Shown in pieces: positions 56,936-64,000 of a stretch of 64,000 nucleotides of DNA. The DNA lies in the NCBI GenBank assembly GCA_964487775.1, contig CAZASH010000005.1:25352-89351 (forward strand). Reading direction: 5' to 3'. The stretch's first letter is position 1; each line of letters opens with the position of its first letter. This stretch comes from an uncultured Ruminococcus sp. (GTDB taxonomy: Bacteria; Bacillota; Clostridia; Oscillospirales; CAG-382). A program made the translations under genes and the position numbers. The notes below the pieces were generated by a model. It saw only the letters and a list, made by a program, of their open reading frames with translations. It was not told where the DNA came from and ran no database searches.

Positions 56936-57619
56936 ATGCTTTCAGCACTGATAAGGTTTATAACGAGGTTTGTATCGCTGTTTCTGCGCACGTCGTCGGG
57001 GTCGTTTCCAAAGCAGCTTTCGGCGTCGGAGGAGCGCGAGTTGTTTGCTCTTGCGCGTTCGGGCGATCGCAATGCACGCAAGCGCATAATCGAGTGCAAC
57101 ATGAGGCTCGTCGCACACGTCGTCAAGAAATATTATGTCGGCGCAGACGATCAAGAAGAGCTTGTTTCTGTCGGCACTGTCGGGCTGATCAAGGCGGTCG
57201 ATTCGTTTGACAGCACCAAGGGCGCGCGGCTTGCGACATATGCGGCGAAGTGCATACAAAACGAGATACTTATGTACTTCAGAGCGCAGAAAAAGTATGC
57301 GTGCGAGGTGGGACTGTCTGAGGCGGTGGATGTCGACAAGGACGGAAATCCGCTGACCTACATCGACATTCTTGCGGCTGATGACGACGTTTTTGAAACG
57401 ATCTCAGAGCTCGATATGCGCTTTGCTCTGGTCGAGGCGATCAGAAACGCATTGACAGAGCGCGAAAAAGAGATCATCGTCCTGCGCATGGGAATGCACG
57501 GCAAGCCGTTGCCGCAGCGCGCGGTCGCAGAAAAGCTCGGTATTTCACGCTCGTATGTTTCACGCATCGAAAAGCAGGCAACCGACAAATTGCGCAGGTA
57601 TCTGATCGAGAAGAAATAA
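56936..57619 (+). CDS. sigK: Sporulation sigma factor K (pro-sigma-K), apparently intact
   Basis: The ATG at 56936 follows GGGGGAA. The hydrophobic pro-sequence is MLSALIRFITRFVSLFLRTSSGSFPKQLSASEE. NMRLVAHVVKKYY resembles SigK (RLVAHIVKKF) rather than SigE. Region 4.2 is LGISRSYVSRIEKQA. Confidence 0.88.
   Translation: MLSALIRFITRFVSLFLRTSSGSFPKQLSASEERELFALARSGDRNARKRIIECNMRLVAHVVKKYYVGADDQEELVSVGTVGLIKAVDSFDSTKGARLATYAAKCIQNEILMYFRAQKKYACEVGLSEAVDVDKDGNPLTYIDILAADDDVFETISELDMRFALVEAIRNALTEREKEIIVLRMGMHGKPLPQRAVAEKLGISRSYVSRIEKQATDKLRRYLIEKK
57518..57558 (+). repeat. Copy 1 (inside sigK) of a 41-bp exact direct repeat
   Basis: CGCGCGGTCGCAGAAAAGCTCGGTATTTCACGCTCGTATGT is identical to 58632-58672, and the flanking bases differ on both sides. 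Confidence 0.95.
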
Positions 57620-57676
57620 GGCAGTAATTTGTTGTATTTGCACAAAAAGCGGTATAATATTTGTGAAAATCGGTGA

Positions 57677-57705
57677 TTGACGATTTGCTAATGCAACCCT
57701 ATAAT
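57677..57705 (+). promoter_or_regulatory. Sigma-A type promoter for the 57751 gene
   Basis: TTGACG (57677-57682), a 17-nt spacer, then TATAAT (57700-57705). Confidence 0.6.
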
Positions 57706-57750
57706 ATATTTAGAACCAAAGAGTTCGAATATTATTAAAGGAGTGCTGTT

Positions 57751-58587
57751 ATGGAAAACATTCGCAAATCGCTTTCATTGCTTTTAGTCTTCGCGATGCT
57801 TATCATCGTGGCGGCCATGTGTGTATATTTGATTGTCGACAACAGCCTGCGTTTATCAGCGCTTGGTAATTCTGCCGATTCGCTTTCTGCCGCCCTTGAC
57901 GATAAAGGAGCCATGAATATGCCTATAGGAGGGTTGAAAGCGCTTATTGAGAAGCACGGCTGCGCCGATCTCGATGCTTTGACCCCAAGGGATAAAGTGA
58001 GCTTCAAGCTCTCTTATCAAAGCAGAACACATCATTACGACGAAGAACTGAAAAAGCTGTTTTATTACAGCAGCGGACCTTCAAGCATTTTTGACATTGC
58101 AAGGCTGAATGCGCAGCATCCGATAGAATGCATTGAGCTGCTTGGCGACGACGATGCTTATGTCGTTTACAAAATACAGAATGCCGACTCACAGCAGTAT
58201 TACACCTGCATGTTTTTAAAACGCAAAATAATATTCGACACCGAAGTGATGGGGCTGTCTGAGGTATGGGAGCCGACACCTCAGCTTTATACAGTTTCGA
58301 GGCATGTTAGCTCGAGCGATTTTGAGAACATCGTGCCTGGCAGCACGATAGACGATGTTGCAAAAACAGACCCTGCCGCAAGATATGACATTTTAGAGAG
58401 CAATGACGATACGAGCCACACCTCATATCGGCTCTTAACCGACGGCGTTATGGTTATCAAATACGACATTTCGTGCGAGGACGACTATATTGTTTCGAGC
58501 AAAGAATTCTTTGCATTCGATGACGCCGATGCTGCAAAAGAGCTTATGCCGTATGTTGATATTTCTCTTCTTAGCAGAATAGAGTAA
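57751..58587 (+). CDS. Hypothetical membrane-anchored/secreted protein (orphan) in a segment of intermediate GC content
   Basis: AAAGGAG RBS. The N-terminal TM/signal anchor is LSLLLVFAMLIIVAAMCVYLIV. I recognise no family, and the composition is visibly less GC-rich than the core genes. Confidence 0.6.
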   Translation: MENIRKSLSLLLVFAMLIIVAAMCVYLIVDNSLRLSALGNSADSLSAALDDKGAMNMPIGGLKALIEKHGCADLDALTPRDKVSFKLSYQSRTHHYDEELKKLFYYSSGPSSIFDIARLNAQHPIECIELLGDDDAYVVYKIQNADSQQYYTCMFLKRKIIFDTEVMGLSEVWEPTPQLYTVSRHVSSSDFENIVPGSTIDDVAKTDPAARYDILESNDDTSHTSYRLLTDGVMVIKYDISCEDDYIVSSKEFFAFDDADAAKELMPYVDISLLSRIE

Positions 58588-58594
58588 TTCAAAA

Positions 58595-58621
58595 GGGCTT
58601 TCGCGTTAACCGCGAAAGCCC
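58595..58621. terminator. Strong hairpin after the 57751 gene; the U-tract lies only on the minus-strand side
   Basis: GGGCTTTCGCG - TTAAC - CGCGAAAGCCC. AAAA precedes it on the plus strand, and no T-tract follows. Confidence 0.5.
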
Positions 58622-58631
58622 TGCCTGTTAT

Positions 58632-58672
58632 CGCGCGGTCGCAGAAAAGCTCGGTATTTCACGCTCGTATGT
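58632..58672 (+). repeat. Copy 2 of the 41-bp sigK-derived direct repeat, at the left border of the AT-rich element (candidate att core)
   Basis: It is identical to 57518-57558. Read in the sigK frame it continues ...SRSYV-YNIC-stop. Confidence 0.95.
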
Positions 58673-58840
58673 ATATAATATCTGTTAATATAAATGAATG
58701 GCATTCGTAAAAAACACAAGAGCGACCATTCATTTTTTATTATGCAAAAAGCGGACAGGCTACCCATAAACATAGGATAACTATGGGCTTTTCTGTGCGT
58801 TTGCATTGAAAACTTAACGGCGCTCGGAAAGGATTATAAT

Positions 58841-59707
58841 ATGGCAAGTGCTGTTCAATGGATAAAAATTACAACGGACATTTTTGATGATGAAAAAATA
58901 CTTTTGATTGACTCAATGCCCGAAGCGGACAAAATCATAATAATTTGGTTCAAACTTCTTTGCTTGGCAGGAAAGCAGAATAACAAAGGTGTTTTTATGT
59001 TCAAGGGTGTCCCCTACACAACGCAAATGTTATCAACGATTTTACACCGTGATGAAGATACAATAAAAAGAGCTCTTACTATTTTTGAAGATTACGGTAT
59101 GATTCACTATGAAAATAGTGCAATAGTAATTACAAACTGGGGGGAGCACCAAAGTCTTGATAAAATCGAGGCGAATGCTGCTTATATGCGAGAATATATG
59201 CGTGAGTATCGTAAAAAACAGCGTGATGTTGCAAACGGCAAGGACGAACATAAAGTTAACGATAAAGTTAACAGTAAAGTTAATATTAACTCGCCAGATA
59301 TAGATATAGAAAAAGATAAAGATAAAGAAAATAACAAAGAAGATAATAGTAAACAATCATCTGGCGAGGGCGATTCTAAAATCAATTATAATCAAATTAT
59401 TGCTGTCTTTAATGAAATTTGTAAATCTTTACCGAAAGTTTTGAAACTGAACGATAGTCGCAAAAAGGCTCTTAAAGATGCTCAAAGACATTTAGGTGAT
59501 ATAACATTTGAGGACTTTTTCAAAAGGGTGGAAGCCTCTGATTATCTAACAGGAAGAAAGACTGATTGGTGCGCCAGCTTTGATTGGATAATAGCGCAGT
59601 ACAATATGCTCAAAATCTTAGAGGGCAACTTTGATAATAGGAATAAGTCGGTAAAAGAAAACTATACAGATATTTCTAAATATCAGAATATGAAAATGGA
59701 GGTATGA
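58841..59707 (+). CDS. Phage-type replisome organizer / DnaD-like replication initiation protein
   Basis: The N-terminus WIKITTDIFDDEKILLIDSMPEADKIIIIWFKLLCLAGKQNNKGVF is typical of the phage replisome organizer N-terminal domain. It has a Lys/Asp-rich linker and a C-terminal domain (LTGRKTDWCASFDWII). Confidence 0.75.
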   Translation: MASAVQWIKITTDIFDDEKILLIDSMPEADKIIIIWFKLLCLAGKQNNKGVFMFKGVPYTTQMLSTILHRDEDTIKRALTIFEDYGMIHYENSAIVITNWGEHQSLDKIEANAAYMREYMREYRKKQRDVANGKDEHKVNDKVNSKVNINSPDIDIEKDKDKENNKEDNSKQSSGEGDSKINYNQIIAVFNEICKSLPKVLKLNDSRKKALKDAQRHLGDITFEDFFKRVEASDYLTGRKTDWCASFDWIIAQYNMLKILEGNFDNRNKSVKENYTDISKYQNMKMEV

Positions 59708-59710
59708 CCT

Positions 59711-60385
59711 ATGGATTATCTTGCTCAAATAAAATATTATCATAGCGTTTGTTCTGGACTTAAAAAGCGTCATATCTATTGCAATTTATATAATTTCAAG
59801 CCGAGGACAGGACAAGATGATGCCATTAGTGCCGTTAAGCAGTTTGCCTGTGATTTCCTTGATAATAAAAATCCAGTTGGACTTTTATTAGTTGGCGGTG
59901 TTGGCTCGGGTAAAACATACATTGCGGCAAGTCTTGTAAACTATCTTGCTGATGTTATGGAACTATATTCTTGCGAAGAACATTCCGATGAATATATTGA
60001 TTTGCTAAAATCAGATTTTTCGTGGCTTGATAAAAATACCAACGTTTGCTTTGTAGTGATCTCGGAATTATATGAGCATTTGAGATATTGCTATAGCAAC
60101 AATGATCCGTGGTCGCCCAAAAGAATAATGAACCATTTGCGAGAGGTCGATTTATTGGTTTTAGATGATATGGGTGCAGAGAAAACAAGTGATTGGACAA
60201 AGGAAATTTTGTTTAACATCATTGACTACAGATATAATGAGCAACTGCCTATGATTGTTACAACAAACTGTGTTCCCGAAGAACTAAAAGAGAAAATCGG
60301 AGACAGAAATTTTGACCGTTTACGTGAAATGTGTGCATTGGTTTCGGTGGTGGCTACAAGCCAAAGAGAAACTGCAAAATTATAA
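59711..60385 (+). CDS. DnaC/IstB-like AAA+ helicase-loader ATPase
   Basis: Walker A is LLLVGGVGSGKTYIA and Walker B is DLLVLDDMGAEK. The sensor-like segment is MIVTTN. Confidence 0.8.
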   Translation: MDYLAQIKYYHSVCSGLKKRHIYCNLYNFKPRTGQDDAISAVKQFACDFLDNKNPVGLLLVGGVGSGKTYIAASLVNYLADVMELYSCEEHSDEYIDLLKSDFSWLDKNTNVCFVVISELYEHLRYCYSNNDPWSPKRIMNHLREVDLLVLDDMGAEKTSDWTKEILFNIIDYRYNEQLPMIVTTNCVPEELKEKIGDRNFDRLREMCALVSVVATSQRETAKL

Positions 60386-60407
60386 ATAATACCGGAGGTA
60401 TAGTATT

Positions 60408-60869
60408 ATGAGTACAACAACTAATTATGAATTTAATATTGGATTTGACAAGGGCGAACGCTTACCACTAACCAGTACAGAATGGCTCGACCAAGCTGAA
60501 ACCTGTGTATTAGGAGTAAAAAGTCATTTCAAGAAAATGCCCAAATCCGAAAAGACATTCTTGGACTTGGCTTCAACGCTAATTTCAACTGTTCGGGACA
60601 ATTTAGAAACCGACAGAGAAATGGGGTTGACTTACGAAAACGAAGACAGTCTCGGACTTGCTAATGTTACGGTCTATCGTCATACTACGATTGAAAATCA
60701 AGCCTTCAACAGAAATATTACTCCATATGAGTTATTGGAATATTCCAAAGAAAATATCGGTGCCATTATGGATACATATAACATAGATACAGATACCTAT
60801 CGCAAGCTGAATTCAGTATATGTTCAACTAATAGAACTTCAGGAATACTTTGAGGAAGATACAGAATAA
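60408..60869 (+). CDS. Hypothetical protein (mobile element)
   Basis: GGAGG RBS. A 153-aa acidic protein. I recognise no family. Confidence 0.5.
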   Translation: MSTTTNYEFNIGFDKGERLPLTSTEWLDQAETCVLGVKSHFKKMPKSEKTFLDLASTLISTVRDNLETDREMGLTYENEDSLGLANVTVYRHTTIENQAFNRNITPYELLEYSKENIGAIMDTYNIDTDTYRKLNSVYVQLIELQEYFEEDTE

Positions 60870-60896
60870 TAACATAATGCAATATAGTTAAAACAA

Positions 60897-60934
60897 AAGC
60901 CATTGGAACTGCAACAGCGGTTTCAATGGCTTTT
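60897..60934 (+). terminator. Rho-independent terminator ending the replication module
   Basis: AAGCCATTG - 18-nt loop - CAATGGCTT followed by TT. Confidence 0.55.
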
Positions 60935-60968
60935 CCCTTTATATGAAGCGAATTATAAAAGGCTAATC

Positions 60969-61184
60969 TTAGGTGACAACATTATATGTCATATCGCCAA
61001 TGGTATAATCGCAAGTACCGTCTGCTTTCTCAATAGCGGAAATGGGCAGTCCTTGCAATTCAAGGATACTTGTTAAAAAGACAAGTATATCAGCGTTGCT
61101 GTATCTTGCCTCGTTTGACAGTTCGTTTGGTGTCTGCGTTCCTGCCCCTGTGTTTGCGGTAATTGTTCTTCGTACTCTTTTCAT
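60969..61184 (-). CDS. Small hypothetical protein (mobile element)
   Basis: A 71-aa ORF downstream of the repressor-like gene on the same strand. I recognise no family. Confidence 0.4.
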   Translation of the reverse strand: MKRVRRTITANTGAGTQTPNELSNEARYSNADILVFLTSILELQGLPISAIEKADGTCDYTIGDMTYNVVT

Positions 61185-61436
61185 AGTGATGTCCTCTTTT
61201 TGTAATCTGACACTAAAGAGTAATACATCTCGGTTAGATGTTCCGAAAGTCTCGAACTCTGCGACAGTTTCAGCCGAATTACCAACAGACAGAAAACAGT
61301 ATCTTTTGTGTCTTCAATAATATTAAAGGTTTTCGGGATTGCTCTCCCAATCACAAAGGCGATACAAGGCGAAAGGTAAATTCCCCCGATAATTTATACT
61401 GTTATAATTAAAATGGCAGACAGGCGGTTTTATGCC

Positions 61437-61766
61437 TTATTCTGCGGTGTCCTCGTCTACGCCTAAAAGAATATCCACAGCCTGTTGTAAATCTTCTTTC
61501 GTGCGGTATGCTTTGATAACTTTCTTTTCGTGTGCGTTCAGCTCGTCATCGGTCAAGTGAACATCAAGCAAATCACTCGGAGATACATTCAATGCTCGGC
61601 AGATTTTACCGATAATATCCGCATCGGGTCTGTTTATGCCTTGCTCCCAATTCGATACACGGCTCTTGGTTACACTTATTTTCTCTGCCAACTGCTCCTG
61701 TGTCAGACCGCTTTCCTTTCTGTACTTGCGTATTCTATTGCCAATCTCGTATTTCAAGAAAATCAC
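61437..61766 (-). CDS. XRE-family HTH transcriptional repressor (cI-like)
   Basis: IGNRIRKYRKESGLTQEQLAEKISVTKSRVSNWEQG. It is divergent from a second XRE gene. Confidence 0.8.
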   Translation of the reverse strand: MIFLKYEIGNRIRKYRKESGLTQEQLAEKISVTKSRVSNWEQGINRPDADIIGKICRALNVSPSDLLDVHLTDDELNAHEKKVIKAYRTKEDLQQAVDILLGVDEDTAE

Positions 61767-61823
61767 CTCACTTATAGATATTATACACGAAAATAAAGAA
61801 AAAGCAATAATTTTATCAAGATT

Positions 61824-61881
61824 TTCTGTACTTTTGCATTGACTTCACCGTTTATCTGTGATATGATATAAGAAAGTACAG
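61824..61881. promoter_or_regulatory. Switch region: rightward promoter flanked by operator-like inverted/direct repeats
   Basis: TTGACT (61839-61844), a 17-nt spacer, then TATGAT (61862-67). CTGTACTTT (61826-34) and AAAGTACAG (61873-81) form a 9-bp inverted repeat around the promoter. TTTCTGTA occurs twice. Confidence 0.55.
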
Positions 61882-61908
61882 TATTTCTGTATTCAGGGAG
61901 GTGCAGAT

Positions 61909-62115
61909 ATGGAAGTTTACAAGAAAGTGAGGGCATACATTGAGGATAACGGCTACAAGCAATTAGCCGTAGCACAGAAAGCAGGTATATCAAAAGTTAC
62001 ATTCAATGCAATGATGAACGGCAAACGGACTATGTATGCAGACGATTTAAGAGCCATTTGTTTGGCTTTGAATGTCAGCCCCGAGGTATTTATAGAAGTA
62101 CCTAAAAACTGCTAA
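61909..62115 (+). CDS. XRE-family HTH protein (Cro-like)
   Basis: GGGAGG RBS. QLAVAQKAGISKVTFNAMMNGKR. 68 aa. Confidence 0.75.
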   Translation: MEVYKKVRAYIEDNGYKQLAVAQKAGISKVTFNAMMNGKRTMYADDLRAICLALNVSPEVFIEVPKNC

Positions 62116-62126
62116 AAGCAAGAGAG

Positions 62127-62879
62127 GTGGTTTTCTTGAAACATACCGAATTTTGCAGAGCTCAAATAAGATATGCTATTGATTTTTTGTTTTACAGTTA
62201 TTTTCGATTGGACTTAAACAGTAGTACATACGATATAGTCAATTCAGCAATCGACAAGGCATATTTAGACGCAGTTCAGCAAGGAGCATACAATACACTT
62301 GTTCCCGATAATATGAAAGAAAAATCGGCTGAGATTAAAGACTTGGCTAAAACTCAAATTTTGGAATTTTTATCTTCCGTTTCTATAGATGATTATAGGA
62401 TAAAGCACGATACTTGTTGTGATAATCTTGTAAACCTGTATTCTGAAATTCGGAATAAAAACAATTCTGAGTTACAGGCTTTTACTTTTGGAAATGCTCA
62501 GAAATGGGTTAATATGACAACTAAGTATATCTACTTAATTTGCGTTGTGTTTTCCAACATAACGGAGCAACACCCATTCAAAGAAAGCGTATACAACAAA
62601 TTCATAGATTTTGAAGATATACTCGAAATACCCATAGACAGTTTCATATTAGAAAAAATATGGAATGACTTGCCACAAGTTGAGTTGCCTTTGCGGAATA
62701 TCCGTAACAGAAACGGCAAATGGTCTAATGATAAGGTCATCCCTTGGAGCCAATGGGATAGGGATATGTATGTATCTTTTAGGAACTCGTTTCTTAAAGC
62801 AGTACATAATCCTATTGCGTGGGAAAACACCGCTTGGATTGAAATAGCACAAAAACGGAAAACGGGAAAGGAAAATTAA
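62127..62879 (+). CDS. Hypothetical protein (mobile-element cargo), function unknown
   Basis: The start is GTG at 62127 or, better spaced from AGAGAGG, TTG at 62136. It is about 247-250 aa, Trp/Asn-rich, with no TM segment. I recognise no family. Confidence 0.55.
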   Translation: MVFLKHTEFCRAQIRYAIDFLFYSYFRLDLNSSTYDIVNSAIDKAYLDAVQQGAYNTLVPDNMKEKSAEIKDLAKTQILEFLSSVSIDDYRIKHDTCCDNLVNLYSEIRNKNNSELQAFTFGNAQKWVNMTTKYIYLICVVFSNITEQHPFKESVYNKFIDFEDILEIPIDSFILEKIWNDLPQVELPLRNIRNRNGKWSNDKVIPWSQWDRDMYVSFRNSFLKAVHNPIAWENTAWIEIAQKRKTGKEN

Positions 62880-62880
62880 A

Positions 62881-64000
62881 ATGGATAAACTATACCGCAA
62901 AAGTATTTGTGAATATTTGCTCACAAAAAAGCAAGAAAGTGGATATACTTTCAATGTGCTTTTGAACGAGGGAAACTTAACGCAAAAATTCAGCAAGGGC
63001 GATTGGTCGCTGTTCCCTTGTGCTATCATCAGCGGTAACTATGAATATCACACCAATGATTTGCAAAACTACTGCTTAGACTTCTCAAAAGAATTACCTG
63101 CTACGCTCTGTCCTGCCCTTACGATATTGACGGATAATATATCCGATGTGATAGAAATAGAAAAGGCTGTTACACAATGGCTAAGCAATAAAGTAACACT
63201 ACAAACAGAACAAGTATATCAAAATGGTGAGGGTCTTTCTTTTGATATATCAATAGATAGTTCAGAAAAAATAGATCGTAGCAACAAAGACTTCACATAT
63301 CAAGACGGCAAACGCACACTGTACCAAACTTTTATAAAACTGAAATCTGCAACGGATGTTATTATTTTTATGCGTGATTATCACCCTGCGGAAATAGACT
63401 TTGACAAAGGTGTTCAGCTTAAATTAGTAAAGCGTGGCAAAGCATTAGAAGAATTAAAAAGACAAGTCGATACATTTACCGCAGAACAGACACAGCAGAT
63501 ATGTTTAGGGTATGATGAAATTGTTTCTCTGCTCGGTATTATATCTTTTGACAGTTTCGGTTTTACAGAACTGTATCAAGTAATGTCTGACAATAATTGC
63601 GATATTAAAACCGCTCTGGCTGAATGTGCAAAGGCTGTTACCGAACGGACACAAAGAGCCGAAGAAGAACAGAGGAAAGAAGCGGAACGCCAACAGGCAG
63701 AAGCAAACCGTGTAAAGCATATCAATGAAATTTTCAGCAAACAAGGCGACAGCGCAATTAACAGATATACAGACGGCGTTATCGCTGACATTAACAGTAG
63801 ATTGGATTTACCTTATTCGGTATCTGTTTACGGTGGCAGCACATTCTCAGAATGGCACCGCCGTAATGAACTGAGCAAATTGGACTACCCGAATATCCTT
63901 GTTAAAGATGTTGTTAATTTCAGTTTTGACCATAAGACATACAGGACAGAAAATGCTGACGAAAACTTTATCGACAGACCTTTCAGCACAGAAATATTGC
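62881..64000 (+). CDS. Hypothetical large protein, 5' part only (more than 373 codons, runs off the right edge)
   Basis: It is absent from the ORF track because it is open-ended. My translation from the ATG at 62881 gives MDKLYRKSICEYLLTKKQESGYTF...RTQRAEEEQRKEAERQQAEANRVKHINEIF...FSTEIL, with no stop up to 63999. The ATG lies 1 nt after the upstream stop. Confidence 0.6.
   Translation, partial: MDKLYRKSICEYLLTKKQESGYTFNVLLNEGNLTQKFSKGDWSLFPCAIISGNYEYHTNDLQNYCLDFSKELPATLCPALTILTDNISDVIEIEKAVTQWLSNKVTLQTEQVYQNGEGLSFDISIDSSEKIDRSNKDFTYQDGKRTLYQTFIKLKSATDVIIFMRDYHPAEIDFDKGVQLKLVKRGKALEELKRQVDTFTAEQTQQICLGYDEIVSLLGIISFDSFGFTELYQVMSDNNCDIKTALAECAKAVTERTQRAEEEQRKEAERQQAEANRVKHINEIFSKQGDSAINRYTDGVIADINSRLDLPYSVSVYGGSTFSEWHRRNELSKLDYPNILVKDVVNFSFDHKTYRTENADENFIDRPFSTEIL

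Larger units (their letters stand above)
58673..64000. mobile_element. AT-rich integrated mobile element (prophage or ICE/IME-like), with the left end at the sigK-derived repeat; the right end lies beyond the window
   Basis: There is an abrupt drop in GC and a change of codon style at ~58,673. The region carries a replisome-organizer gene, a DnaC/IstB-like ATPase gene, a divergent XRE repressor pair and orphan ORFs. No integrase is visible in the window. Confidence 0.75.

Noticed and set aside
56936-57619. sigK interrupted by a skin element (a split gene).
   Set aside because: The ORF is continuous from the pro-sequence through region 4.2 to a normal-looking C-terminus. The duplication of 41 bp lies downstream of the gene, not between two gene halves, so I report it as an integration scar or att site rather than a split sigK.

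Overview
By eye this is a GC-rich (roughly mid-50s % GC) Clostridia-type chromosome segment. It has a pro-sigma-K gene, dockerin-like modules, and Gram-positive RBS and sigma-A promoters. An Oscillospiraceae/Ruminococcaceae-like origin is only an inference. The first ~58.6 kb is a dense, mostly plus-strand housekeeping region: holB (partial), rlmB, an EF-G paralog, tdk, queT, efp, aroQ, dut, ackA, tmcAL, rplS-lepB-rbgA-rnhB-yraN-thrC, a GlpA-like oxidoreductase operon, secA, asnB, pdp, tsaE-tsaB-rpiB and sigK. Secreted and cell-surface proteins are interspersed. From ~58,673 to the window end the DNA turns abruptly AT-rich and carries mobile-element genes: a replisome organizer, a DnaC/IstB-like loader, a cI/Cro-like switch and unknown cargo. 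I saw no rRNA, tRNA or CRISPR array. The main findings are listed below.

1. An exact 41-bp copy of an internal sigK segment sits at the junction with the AT-rich element, suggesting a skin-like, sigK-targeting integration history.
2. A hairpin-array repeat family is present. Two copies contain a 173-bp perfect inverted repeat 29.3 kb apart, and a diverged, TIR-bounded third copy lies upstream of queT.
3. An ECF sigma gene overlaps a signal-less serpin gene by 59 nt.
4. Two apparent pseudo-enzymes are present: a P1B-type ATPase homolog lacking the CPC, DKTGT and TGES motifs, and a ClpA/C-like protein with a dead second AAA+ module.
5. An operon of unknown function follows the Cro-like gene in the mobile element and is cut by the window edge.

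I could not assign any known defence system. Family assignments come from motif recognition in the translations, not from database searches.
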